This document shows, in pieces, positions 10,366 to 19,689 of a DNA stretch of 64,000 nt. The DNA is from a virus (taxonomy: Duplodnaviria; Caudoviricetes), in the IMG/VR virus record IMGVR_UViG_3300032281_000616, positions 64,001 to 128,000 of that record, one strand, 5' to 3'. A program made the translations under genes and the position numbers. Under the pieces are notes generated by a model, which was not told where the DNA came from, ran no database searches, and saw only the letters and a list, made by a program, of their open reading frames with translations. Position 1 is the first letter of the stretch, and each line of letters begins with the position of its first letter.

Positions 10366-10729
10366 TATCTTGTGCAATGTAAGCATACATCTTTACGCTG
10401 TATTCGAGGTATGTGATTAAAAATTCACAATCCTTGATCTGTTCATTGATCTCCTCTAATTGGGGAGAATTATCAATCGCTGCCATGGTTGACTTATCTA
10501 AGTTGACTGGGGATTTTTCTATAAGCTTTTCTGTAATTATCTTCTTAAGATTCTCTTTCTCCTTTTTAAGTTTCAATAAATCTCTCTTGTAATCAAAGAG
10601 CCTAGCAACTACCCACTGCTTTCTTCCAATGGCTTGTTTAGTTTTATCTCCAATGTTCGTCAAGTTAATCGAACACCATTCTGCTGTGTCTTTTTTGAGA
10701 CGCTCGTATTCTTTTTCGTAATCTTTCAT
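10322..10729 (-). CDS. uvsY: Recombination mediator UvsY
   Basis: 135 aa helical protein upstream of uvsW; C-terminus ...AQDIKNLLD is typical. Confidence 0.7.
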   Translation of the reverse strand: MKDYEKEYERLKKDTAEWCSINLTNIGDKTKQAIGRKQWVVARLFDYKRDLLKLKKEKENLKKIITEKLIEKSPVNLDKSTMAAIDNSPQLEEINEQIKDCEFLITYLEYSVKMYAYIAQDIKNLLDAHRLETSE

Positions 10730-11196
10730 AAATTCAATAATTCTGGGTTTTCATAAATATTTCCAATGACTTCACTAAGAGCACGGTAAGAATAATCCAT
10801 ATAAGAAATCATGTTGTCTCGTTTTAATCCAAATCCGGGGGATACTCTAAACCAAATAACCTCGTATATATCGTGTGGAGATTCTTTAGAAAGTTCTCCA
10901 GTATTAAAAATTGGGGTGGGTTGTTTCACACCATAAATCTTTAAAATATCACCTTCATAAATTTCTTTTTCGTTTTTATCCTTTAATCCGGTGTATTGTT
11001 GAATCACATAATTTTCAGAACAATCCACATCACCACAATGTTTAAAATCTCCTCTAACTTTACCATAAAGAGTCAAATACAATTTTTCGTCATAATCTTT
11101 ATTTTTCGATAAAGAATTGTAAAACATTTCTCGATATGTTTCATTCCACAATCTAAATTTAAATTCTCTAGAATTCATATCATTAAATAATAACAT
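10726..11196 (-). CDS. YopX-family protein
   Basis: REFKFRLWN, QQYTGLKDKNEKEIYEGDIL, EVIGNIYENPELL. Confidence 0.9.
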   Translation of the reverse strand: MLLFNDMNSREFKFRLWNETYREMFYNSLSKNKDYDEKLYLTLYGKVRGDFKHCGDVDCSENYVIQQYTGLKDKNEKEIYEGDILKIYGVKQPTPIFNTGELSKESPHDIYEVIWFRVSPGFGLKRDNMISYMDYSYRALSEVIGNIYENPELLNL

Positions 11197-11451
11197 ATGA
11201 GCCTAAGATTGTCAAGTTTAGAAGAGAAAAAGATTGCCGATCTTTATGATCAGATTCTTGAAGACATGAGTGCTGGTGAGGGTGGCATGTTTGGCACTCC
11301 ACAAGACTCTGTGGATGATCTTGGTGAACCTAATGGGGACAATTATGCAGCGGGCGATACACGCATTCCTAAATCGATTTTCGAAGGTGATATTTTATCC
11401 AGAAATGGTTTGGTGAAGAAAAAGAAGAAAAAATCGAAAAGAAAAGCTTGA
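11197..11451 (+). CDS. hypothetical protein, acidic body with lysine-rich tail
   Basis: 84 aa ORF preceded by TAAATA (11184-11189). Confidence 0.65.
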   Translation: MSLRLSSLEEKKIADLYDQILEDMSAGEGGMFGTPQDSVDDLGEPNGDNYAAGDTRIPKSIFEGDILSRNGLVKKKKKKSKRKA

Positions 11452-11690
11452 CTTTTAGATTTTTGGGCACACTATAAGTACAATAATAGTCGCGGAGCGA
11501 CAAAACTGTAAATCTTTATTATTGTACATTGATTAAGATTAATACTAATAGATTATGATTTATTTTTATTAATAATTGTACCAGAGCCCGCCCACTACAC
11601 CCATAACTAATTTACGAAAAAGTAAAAGTCAATGGGGAAAATAGAAAAAGTTTAAAATAATTTCAATTTGACAGCTTATTAAGTAATTAC

Positions 11691-11798
11691 ATGTCAGATT
11701 GGATAGGATTACCTGAGAATATTAGTGATTATATGGGGATTATATACTTAATTAGAAATAATCATCCCGATAGTACAAAGAAATTATATATTAAATAA
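11691..11798 (+). pseudogene. Truncated small GIY-YIG gene (35 aa N-terminal remnant)
   Basis: MSDWIGLPENISDYMGIIYLIRNNHPDSTKKLYIK*; preceded by TAAGTA-N5-ATG; breaks at the YIG motif where the inverted ORF 11784-13199 ends. Confidence 0.7.
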
Positions 11799-13199
11799 TT
11801 CATCATTAACATCATTTATTATATTTTCATAAAAAGAAACATCAATAGATTCCGTATAACCATCACTTAATTCATCCTTAGTAAAAAATTTAAAATTGTT
11901 TTTATATTTTTTCTTTATAAATCTTTCTAATCTCAATATATCAACCCCAGAAGCCTTAACATTATAAACCGTATCAAACTTTGAATTTGATAATCTACAT
12001 TGCGCCAATTTTCTCTTATGTATATTATTTGTTATTCCAATTTTTAGACCTTCTTTTCCACTAAAATGAGTGATTTTGTGTATATAGAAAAATCCATCTT
12101 TGCTTTGATTGAATCCCTTTGTACAACAGAATGGACATCCAGATTTACTGTTTATAACACAATCAATTTTAGTGAACCATGTGTTTTCACAAACATCACA
12201 TCTAAACTTTGCTTTTTGTTTAACTCCGGGTGGATTATGATCCAATAATGTTATTTCTTTTCCTTTCAATCTTTCGCATATATCTCCATATGTCAACTTC
12301 GCCTTACCTATACATTTTCCACATTGATATGATGGATTTCTTAAAATTATAGAAGGGGTGATACATATATGATGTCCATTTGGACAGGTCATTTTAATTT
12401 TTTTTGTTGAGTTTTTTATAATTTCAGTGGAATCTACAGAAAACCCGCGAAGTTTTAAGAAATATTTATATTGCTCGTCTGTTGGCCTCCATCTGTTGCC
12501 CAAACTTTTATCTGTAAAATTGCATAGTATGCATCCATTAGAACTCAGCAATTTGGTTGGAGCAGTTTCCCAACTATATCCACAAGAACTACAGGAAACG
12601 TTCCATTTTTCACAATTTTTATTCACGATATTAATATGATTGGTCAAACAATGATCGGATACACATTGTTCACAAAAAATATTTTTCAAAAATTTATCAG
12701 ACTGGAATAGGTTTTTATGACCTTTCTGACAATTTGATGATATGAATGATTCATCAATTGAAAAATTATAAAAGTTTAGATTCTTAAGCTTTTTTATATT
12801 TTTATTGACTTGTTTAGAATTTATTTTCTCTTTATGTTTATTGGTTCTACATATTTTACACCCTATTGTGGATTCTATTTTAAAAATATCATATATTCTT
12901 TTAAATGTTTCAGTTTCACAATGTAAACATTTAAGTTTGTGTTTTTTTAAAGTTGGATTATAATTCCCAACCAATTGAAATCCATAACTATTCAATTTTT
13001 TATTCATCGTTTCTGTGTTCAAACAATCACCACTACAGAATTTACAACTTCTTTTTCTATTAACAACGGAATACGGGACATTTTTATAAATGTGTCCATT
13101 ATCACACATTAATAGGCATGATTTGTAAAACTTTTCATAATTTGAATGTATTCCCCACCCAAATGGTTTCAATTTGATGTTGGCTTCTTCTAAATTCAT
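11784..13199 (-). mobile_element. Putative homing endonuclease: tandem CxxxH/CxxC zinc-ribbon repeats plus C-terminal GIY-YIG-like domain
   Basis: Many CxxC/CxxGH units; C-terminal GFFYIHKI...LKIGITNNIHKR. Confidence 0.7.
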
Positions 13200-13591
13200 A
13201 TATCTTTTCTATAAAATTTTCCGTTTATATTATTATTATAATAATTATCTTTCTCCAAAACCTCGTTTATGAATAAATATTTTAATTCATAATATGTCAA
13301 TTGTTTTTCAAAATTACATAAATGTAATATTTCCCTCTTTATAATATCCCCGGTTGATATATCAATCTTTAATTCTTCATTTGAACCACAATATTTTTTC
13401 CAATCGCTTTCTCTCTTGATTCTTTTTGTTTTACTCCCTATCTTTTTTTTGATAATGTGGTATAAAAATTTTTTCCCAACATATGTTTTATTTTTTGTAA
13501 TATTTGTTATTTTATAAACAAAACCAAAACAATTTATAGGAAAGTCTTCCAAGGTTTTAAGCTCAACGTCATTAAAGATCCAATCTGTCAT
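13196..13591 (-). CDS. Small GIY-YIG nuclease-family protein
   Basis: GFVYKITNITKNKTYVGKK...ESDWKKYCGS; TAAATA-N5-ATG promoter. Confidence 0.85.
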   Translation of the reverse strand: MTDWIFNDVELKTLEDFPINCFGFVYKITNITKNKTYVGKKFLYHIIKKKIGSKTKRIKRESDWKKYCGSNEELKIDISTGDIIKREILHLCNFEKQLTYYELKYLFINEVLEKDNYYNNNINGKFYRKDI

Positions 13592-13677
13592 AAATATATT
13601 TAATCAAACATGTTAATATTTTCAGATGATAACAAATAATCAATATATTTGAAAAATGTCAAATGAAAATTATAAAC

Positions 13678-13705
13678 TTGACATTGAGAGAAACCCTGAT
13701 ATTCT
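13678..13705 (+). promoter_or_regulatory. sigma70-type promoter TTGACA-N16-TATTCT
   Basis: Directly upstream of the ATG at 13715. Confidence 0.55.
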
Positions 13706-13714
13706 GAATTTACA

Positions 13715-13960
13715 ATGAAAAATACAAATAGGGTATATAGGAAACGACTCCATAAACAAATTTATAGGAAAAGATTTGGTGGATCTCAACCATCTCAACA
13801 ATTTCGATGGAAATGGAAAATAGCACTATACAAAACATTATTTTATAAAACACCAAATGTTGGACTTTGCTCGGAAATTGTGGGAATACAGCCCATGGAT
13901 GATCCAATTGGTCAAGCCTTTTACCTAAATTTATATGAACCATTACGAGATCAAAACTGA
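13715..13960 (+). CDS. Small basic protein carrying a gp23 (Gol-region)-like segment
   Basis: EIVGIQPMDDPIGQAFYL is 11/18 identical to EICGVQPMGGPVGLAFAL of the major capsid protein in this window. Confidence 0.65.
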   Translation: MKNTNRVYRKRLHKQIYRKRFGGSQPSQQFRWKWKIALYKTLFYKTPNVGLCSEIVGIQPMDDPIGQAFYLNLYEPLRDQN

Positions 13961-14474
13961 GGAAAATTATACAAAAATCATTTTTCATGACGAACGTATA
14001 ATTTTTACTGATATCGATACAGTTTTTAGAGAGACTAATATATTTTTCGCTAAAATATTAAGAGCAATGTTTATTGATGTTACATTCGATTTTTCTAAAA
14101 GCTATAATAAAACAATATACTCACATGCTTTCCTAAAAATAGTTTGCGAACATATTATAAGTCAAGAATCTAATTACAGATTATGTTTTTATAGCAATTC
14201 TCTAACTAAGGATAAATTCAGAAATTCCCTATTAAGAAAATTAAAATCAATCTTTGGATTCAAAATCTTAGAAGATGTTATGGATTTTTCTGAAGTTATT
14301 GAAAAAGTCGAAACAAACGATGCTGGATTGACTCCGAGATTAGAAATATTCTTTCAAAAAGACACCAAACCGAAGAGTTTTAAACATATTAAAAAATATC
14401 TAGAAAAAACTGGATTGAAAGATATGGGAACGCATTTTTATGATGTCGCCAATAAAATGAGCCTGATGTCATAA
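13935..14474 (+). CDS. hypothetical protein
   Basis: 179 aa ORF. Confidence 0.7.
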   Translation: MNHYEIKTEENYTKIIFHDERIIFTDIDTVFRETNIFFAKILRAMFIDVTFDFSKSYNKTIYSHAFLKIVCEHIISQESNYRLCFYSNSLTKDKFRNSLLRKLKSIFGFKILEDVMDFSEVIEKVETNDAGLTPRLEIFFQKDTKPKSFKHIKKYLEKTGLKDMGTHFYDVANKMSLMS

Positions 14475-14482
14475 ATATATGT

Positions 14483-14932
14483 ATGAGTCGTTTTCTTTCA
14501 ATCCTAGAAGAATATAATCCAGAAAATACAGAAGATCCTAAATGGGATCTCATTGATTTTTTAAAATCTAAAGATGTTAACGTAAGATTAGATAGGTTGT
14601 CTGGTATGATTTTTGTAGATACTGGGAGTAAGGAAATACCCCTACAAGTATCAGGCATGGATAATGAAGAAGAAGCTGAAAGTATCGAGGCTGGAGTAGG
14701 AACATACAAGGTTGATCAAGAAGTTGAAAAGTTGGGTAATACTGCTGCATCTGGATTGAAAGGTGTAGCTGGTAGAATGCTTGGAACATCTGCTCAGAGA
14801 GCTAAACAAGCGATGAAAAAACGTCAACAATTAGCTGGTCAAGCTGTTAAAACTTACGAAGATTCTACTAGAGAACTAGAGCGATCATTACAACAAGCTA
14901 GAAGAGCTGGACCAATCCAAGTTAACTATTAA
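14483..14932 (+). CDS. hypothetical late protein
   Basis: 149 aa ORF; TAAATA-N5-ATG. Confidence 0.75.
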   Translation: MSRFLSILEEYNPENTEDPKWDLIDFLKSKDVNVRLDRLSGMIFVDTGSKEIPLQVSGMDNEEEAESIEAGVGTYKVDQEVEKLGNTAASGLKGVAGRMLGTSAQRAKQAMKKRQQLAGQAVKTYEDSTRELERSLQQARRAGPIQVNY

Positions 14933-14935
14933 TTT

Positions 14936-15295
14936 ATGAAATCAAAAACTTTAAGGTTGATTGATACCTGTCTAAAAATCATCAAAGAAGAGGGTGAAAT
15001 GCCTGATATGAGTCAAGAACAGCCATCTGGAGATGCTCAAGCTGCACCACAACCTCAAGAGGAGATAATGCCTCTGTCATCTGCTGGGGAAGATAAGTAT
15101 ATTGCTGATATGATTGATGCTGCTTTATTCGAGCCTTCTCCAGAGCAAGCTAATACTTTACTCAATCTCCAGAGTCAAATGCAAATGAAAAAATATAAGA
15201 ATTCTAGAGAAGAAATTTTACCAAGTGTTCTAGGAATTATATCATCTTCAACATCTGGTGGAGATCTCAGAAAACAACTTAACAAAATCAACTAA
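14936..15295 (+). CDS. hypothetical protein
   Basis: 119 aa ORF in the late operon. Confidence 0.7.
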   Translation: MKSKTLRLIDTCLKIIKEEGEMPDMSQEQPSGDAQAAPQPQEEIMPLSSAGEDKYIADMIDAALFEPSPEQANTLLNLQSQMQMKKYKNSREEILPSVLGIISSSTSGGDLRKQLNKIN

Positions 15296-15303
15296 ATAAT
15301 ATA

Positions 15304-15747
15304 ATGGGTAAGAAATTTAAGAGAGAAGAAAATGATGTAATCTGGGAAAGCTATACAACTCCGAATGATCAGAAATATGCTGATTATTATAATGACTACA
15401 ATACATTCGAAGATGAAGATGCAGAAGCTATCATTACAATGGAAAAACCTTTAATGGTTGAACCAGAGATGGGAGATGATGATATTTTCGAGGATGATGA
15501 TATTTTCGAGGATGATGATATTTTTGAAGACGAGGATGATGATCTAGATAATGAGATCATTGTTAAAGCTCTACGTAAATTGATCAAACGCGCTGATATT
15601 CTTCTAAATCATTGTGAAAGTGATAAACTAGATACTTGGATGGTTGCTAAAATCATCAAGGCTGAAGATTATATTTCAGATGTCTGGAATGAATTGGATG
15701 ACGTTGCGGATTTTGCTAATGATGGATTTGAAGATGTGAAAATTTAA
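15304..15747 (+). CDS. hypothetical acidic late protein
   Basis: 147 aa ORF; TAAATA-N5-ATG; DDDIFE repeats. Confidence 0.75.
   Translation: MGKKFKREENDVIWESYTTPNDQKYADYYNDYNTFEDEDAEAIITMEKPLMVEPEMGDDDIFEDDDIFEDDDIFEDEDDDLDNEIIVKALRKLIKRADILLNHCESDKLDTWMVAKIIKAEDYISDVWNELDDVADFANDGFEDVKI
15475..15528 (+). repeat. 3 x 18 bp in-frame tandem repeat (GATGATGATATTTTCGAG, DDDIFE)
   Basis: Two exact copies and a third with two synonymous changes. Confidence 0.95.
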
Positions 15748-16187
15748 TGATCAGTTTTAAGCAATTTTTTATGGAAAAACTCATAGTAGGACTCGAAGAG
15801 ATTCTTACTTTGGATGGCATTGGACCCATAAAATCTAAGCTTGATTCTGGAAATGGTGCATTCAATGTTCTTCATGGTGAGGATATTGAAAGTGATGGAA
15901 AACTAGTCAGATTCACTACTGAAGGTGGTATAAGCGTTGAGAAAGAATTAAAGGACACAATTACGATTAATCTAGGTGCAGGTAATAAAGAAGAACGTCC
16001 TGTGGTTTTATTTGATGTGAAATTTGGAAACAAGGTCTTTAAAGATGTTCCATTTTCTATTGGTAATAGGTCTGAGAATGCTCATAAAATATTAGTAGGG
16101 AAGAATTTCATAAGTCAAAACCTAAATGCACTAATCGATGTTTCGCTAGTGGATGTAGCCGGAAAAAATTTACAAGTAGATATATGA
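15747..16187 (+). CDS. Retropepsin-like protease (RimK-associated 'ATP-dependent zinc protease' family)
   Basis: KSKLDSGNG catalytic-type motif; C-terminal NRSENAHKILVG. Confidence 0.8.
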   Translation: MISFKQFFMEKLIVGLEEILTLDGIGPIKSKLDSGNGAFNVLHGEDIESDGKLVRFTTEGGISVEKELKDTITINLGAGNKEERPVVLFDVKFGNKVFKDVPFSIGNRSENAHKILVGKNFISQNLNALIDVSLVDVAGKNLQVDI

Positions 16188-16888
16188 AAAATAATATTAA
16201 ATATCCCAAAGAAGCTGGTGTATATAAATTGACGTGTATCAATAACGGAAAAATTTATATAGGTAAATCTGTCAATTTATATTACAGATTGAGTTGTCAT
16301 AAAAGTTGTGAAAAAAAATCTAATGGTCGTTATTATTTTGAAAATGCTATAATAAAACATGGGTGGGATTCGTTTAATATTGAAATATTAGAAATCATTC
16401 AAGATTTCAATAAATTGAAAGATAATGATATCCTTTTAGAAAAGGAGAAGTATTACATAGAATTATTTGATTCTACAAATCCTAAAAATGGTTATAATAT
16501 ATGTAAATCTTCTAATGATAGAACAGGGGTTAAAAGTTCCGAGGAAACTAAAAGAAATATAAGTTTAGGACAAATGGGTAGAAAACATTCAGAAGAAACC
16601 AAGGAAAAAATTAGACAGTCGAAATTGGGTAAACGTGGAAAACCTCACACTGAGGAACATAAAGAAAAAATGAGACAACTCAATCTAGGTAAAAAAATGT
16701 CCATCGAATCTAAAGAAAAACTTAGACAAATTAGATTAGGGTCAAAACATTCTGAAGAAGCTAAGGCTAAGATGAGTATGTTTAGGAGGGGAAATAGATA
16801 CGCTCTAGGATTTAAACATTCCGATGAAACTAAAGAAAAACTGAGAGCGGCTAAACACAAAAAAGATTATCTAATATTACACTCTTAG
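16184..16888 (+). mobile_element. GIY-YIG homing endonuclease with NUMOD3 repeats
   Basis: AGVYKLTC..NGKIYIGKS..LYYRLSCH; repeated HSEETKEKI units. Confidence 0.92.
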
Positions 16889-16938
16889 ACGTATCACTGG
16901 TTGATGTAGCTGGAAAAAATATGGAGGTTGATTTATGA
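16882..16938 (+). pseudogene. Second copy of the protease 3' end (LLDVSLVDVAGKNMEVDL*)
   Basis: Translates almost identically to 16131-16187 (LIDVSLVDVAGKNLQVDI*) with many third-position differences. Confidence 0.85.
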
Positions 16939-17489
16939 AAAAGGATATTAGAAAATACACACAGAGAGAACTTTTAGCTGAAGGATTTTGGAGCAACCTA
17001 GCACAAAAATCTGTCCAAGGTGTTAAAAATACCGCTAGTTTAGCAGGTAGAACTGCAAAAGGGGCATTAGCAATTGGAAAATTTGCCTCTGAAAAAATGG
17101 CTCCTGAATTATATAATCCGATTAAAGGTGTAGTGGATTCTATCAAAGATTTAAATAAACGATTGATTAAAGCAACTACTCCTGAAGCTACATATATTGA
17201 AAACAAATTAAAGAATCAAGGATATTCTTTAGTGGATAATAACGTGTATAAAGTAAAAATGCAACCGGGAGATGAGAAACAATTATATAAAGTTTTGGTC
17301 AAAATTCGACCAGAATTTATTTCAGTTGGAGAATCAAATCCTCAAAAAATATTCTTAGTTGATAAAGATGGAAATATTGTTCGAGATTTGAGCGCAAAAG
17401 ACGCAGTAACAGGTGGCAGGAAACCCAAAAAGAAGAAAAGAAAAAGGGTTTTGTCTACTTCGGCAAATAATCCACAATCAACTCCTTGA
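16935..17489 (+). CDS. hypothetical protein with basic C-terminus
   Basis: 184 aa ORF. Confidence 0.7.
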   Translation: MKKDIRKYTQRELLAEGFWSNLAQKSVQGVKNTASLAGRTAKGALAIGKFASEKMAPELYNPIKGVVDSIKDLNKRLIKATTPEATYIENKLKNQGYSLVDNNVYKVKMQPGDEKQLYKVLVKIRPEFISVGESNPQKIFLVDKDGNIVRDLSAKDAVTGGRKPKKKKRKRVLSTSANNPQSTP

Positions 17490-17519
17490 CATATTGATAT
17501 CATATGCTTTAATATTGTT

Positions 17520-17783
17520 GTGAATATAGAAATTCAAGCAATAGAAGATGATAATTTCAAGATCCAAGTTAAGAAATTTGGAGAACAGTTTATGGCTACT
17601 ACAGGAGAAACCGTAGCCATTGCACCAACACCAGAAGAAGCTATTCAAAAGGTCGAGGAACAATCAACTCCACAGCCTATTAAACCAATCCCACAAGGAC
17701 CAAGAGGAGCACCTATCAATAATAAAGTTTATAGTGGAACTGGATGGTTTGAGGGAACACCGTGGTCAACTAACAATCGATAA
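17520..17783 (+). CDS. hypothetical protein
   Basis: 87 aa ORF, GTG start. Confidence 0.6.
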   Translation: MNIEIQAIEDDNFKIQVKKFGEQFMATTGETVAIAPTPEEAIQKVEEQSTPQPIKPIPQGPRGAPINNKVYSGTGWFEGTPWSTNNR

Positions 17784-17784
17784 T

Positions 17785-18591
17785 ATGGTTAAATCAATTA
17801 AAATTTTAAATGGATTTCTAACACAAATGCCGGGATTTTATCCGGGCATTAAGTTTGATTTTGAAGCAGATAAAGTGAATGTTTTACTAGCTCCGAATGG
17901 ATTTGGTAAGTCATGTATTCTGAAGATGATCAAGTCTTATTGTGGAATTGAAAAGGGTGGATGGTCTAAAATTAGCTCAGAATTAGCTCTAGGAGCACAA
18001 TGTAAAGAACATTTTCCTTGGGTTTATAGAGCCTATTGTCCAGCCTCAACTGATTGTGTCGTAGAATGGGATGGAATTGCATCATTTTATAATGATGGAG
18101 ATATTAAAATCGATGAATGGGCTTGGTTCTCTAATAACATCTCTCTTTCAGAAGATGGAATGACCACTGAGCAAGAACAATTTCAATATCTGATGGATAA
18201 GCCTTCTTCTGGACAATATCGGATGATTAAGTTGAATAAACTTCTAAATATGGCTAAGAATCCACCAGATTTGACCCAATATGTTTCCGCGCATCCTACA
18301 CAAAGAGCGGAGTCCGATTACATAAGATCTCTACCCAGAGATGGAAAACCTACGTTGATTTTGGATGAGCCTGAGAGAGCTTTGTCTCTTCCAAAACAAG
18401 TAGAATTATATAAGCTTTTAGCTGACCTAACAAAGGAGTATCAGATTATAATTGCAACACACTCACCATTTGTTTTATTTCAAGATAATATGAAAATTTT
18501 TGATTTACAGAAAGGTTTCTCTGAAGAATGTATACAAATTTTCAAAGAATGTGTTCAAAACCATATAAATAAAGAAAATGAATCACTATAA
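17785..18591 (+). CDS. ABC-type (AAA_21-like) ATPase
   Basis: APNGFGKS Walker A, LILDEPERALS Walker B/D-loop, IATHSPF H-loop; start moved to the ATG at 17785 after the upstream ORF. Confidence 0.85.
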   Translation: MVKSIKILNGFLTQMPGFYPGIKFDFEADKVNVLLAPNGFGKSCILKMIKSYCGIEKGGWSKISSELALGAQCKEHFPWVYRAYCPASTDCVVEWDGIASFYNDGDIKIDEWAWFSNNISLSEDGMTTEQEQFQYLMDKPSSGQYRMIKLNKLLNMAKNPPDLTQYVSAHPTQRAESDYIRSLPRDGKPTLILDEPERALSLPKQVELYKLLADLTKEYQIIIATHSPFVLFQDNMKIFDLQKGFSEECIQIFKECVQNHINKENESL

Positions 18592-18811
18592 AGAACCTGA
18601 TCAGGTAAACATGGTTGGAGGTAGACCAGTTTTAAATAGCAGCGAATGTAACGTATCTTTGGGATTTCTTGAAGGAATTTTGAACACCAGAGACGGGAAA
18701 GCGTTGGCTGAACTATATGAAAATCACGTAAAGAGTCATGGATTGATTAATCTAGAAGAATCTACAACCGATGTTAATGGAATGAGTTTAACATGTAAAC
18801 GTTGGTTATAA
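18578..18811 (+). CDS. hypothetical protein
   Basis: 77 aa ORF preceded by TATAAATA (18564-18571). Confidence 0.65.
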   Translation: MNHYKEPDQVNMVGGRPVLNSSECNVSLGFLEGILNTRDGKALAELYENHVKSHGLINLEESTTDVNGMSLTCKRWL

Positions 18812-18867
18812 TCTGTGTAAAAACGATAAGCTCACAACAGCACAGTTTATAAAAAAACTTCTTGCAT

Positions 18868-18903
18868 AAAAAACCCTCTCAAATTACTGAGAGGGTTTTT
18901 TTA
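18868..18903. terminator. Bidirectional rho-independent terminator
   Basis: AAAACCCTCTCA / TGAGAGGGTTTT stem with A and T tracts, between convergent genes. Confidence 0.85.
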
Positions 18904-18910
18904 TTTGATG

Positions 18911-19651
18911 CTACACCGAGAGAACTTGAGTTATATGTTTGAGTATAGCAGATCTCGAAATATCGTGTATGTCAAACTTCATACAATGAATATGATTCTT
19001 TCTTGAAAATTCAGTATCGAATAATTCGAAGACTTTAGTAAACCCTGAGTCTTTAATATCACTTTGTTTGGCGTCTCCACAAATGATATATTTCGATCCT
19101 CTACCAAAACGAGTCATAATGGTTGTTAATTCGCTTCTAGTAGCGTTCTGAGCTTCATCGATGATGACCACAGCATTATTGAATGTAAGACCCCTGACGA
19201 AGTTTACAGGCATAGCTTTGACATACTCTTGTTCAAGTAATGCACTGACAGTTGGTTTGTCAGTGATTTCTGAGATTTTTTCAATTAAAGGTAGCGTGTA
19301 AGCTGCGAATTTTTCGTTCTCGTCACCTTTAAGATATCCCAAAGATTTTGATGCACTCTCAACAACAGTTCTTATATAAATGATTTTATCTACTTTTCTA
19401 TCCCTAAGCATTTCCATTGCAGAATAAACAGAGATGTAGCTCTTCATTGAACCAGCGGGTCCATCCAAGAAAACCATATTAGTTTTATCATTTTGTGTCA
19501 GGTAATAAAAAGCAGTGTGATTATCTGTGAATGGGAATGGTTTTTTGATTACTATATTAGAACAGTCGAAATTCTTTTTGTATTGTTTAGTGAATTCTTC
19601 TGTAACATCAACCGACTCTTTCCTCTTGCGAGGTGCTTTTTTAGGTGTCAT
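18911..19651 (-). CDS. phoH: PhoH-family ATPase
   Basis: GPAGSMKS, LGYLKGD, VRGLTF, IDEAQN, TRFGRGSK, GDAKQSD, RS motifs. Confidence 0.95.
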   Translation of the reverse strand: MTPKKAPRKRKESVDVTEEFTKQYKKNFDCSNIVIKKPFPFTDNHTAFYYLTQNDKTNMVFLDGPAGSMKSYISVYSAMEMLRDRKVDKIIYIRTVVESASKSLGYLKGDENEKFAAYTLPLIEKISEITDKPTVSALLEQEYVKAMPVNFVRGLTFNNAVVIIDEAQNATRSELTTIMTRFGRGSKYIICGDAKQSDIKDSGFTKVFELFDTEFSRKNHIHCMKFDIHDISRSAILKHITQVLSV

Positions 19652-19689
19652 CCTCCATTATTTAATACATATTTTATAAAATCAAGTGA

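Noticed and set aside
13592-13714. Possible C-terminal remnant of the truncated GIY-YIG gene
   Set aside because: It can only be read as such by invoking several frameshifts, which is not supportable.
15475-15528. Tandem repeat as a CRISPR-like array
   Set aside because: There are no spacers; it is an in-frame coding repeat. No repeat-spacer array or cas gene was seen anywhere in the window.
17620-17784. N-terminal extension of the ABC-type ATPase in the ORF track
   Set aside because: It overlaps ORF 17520-17783 in another frame; the ATG at 17785 gives the expected distance to Walker A.
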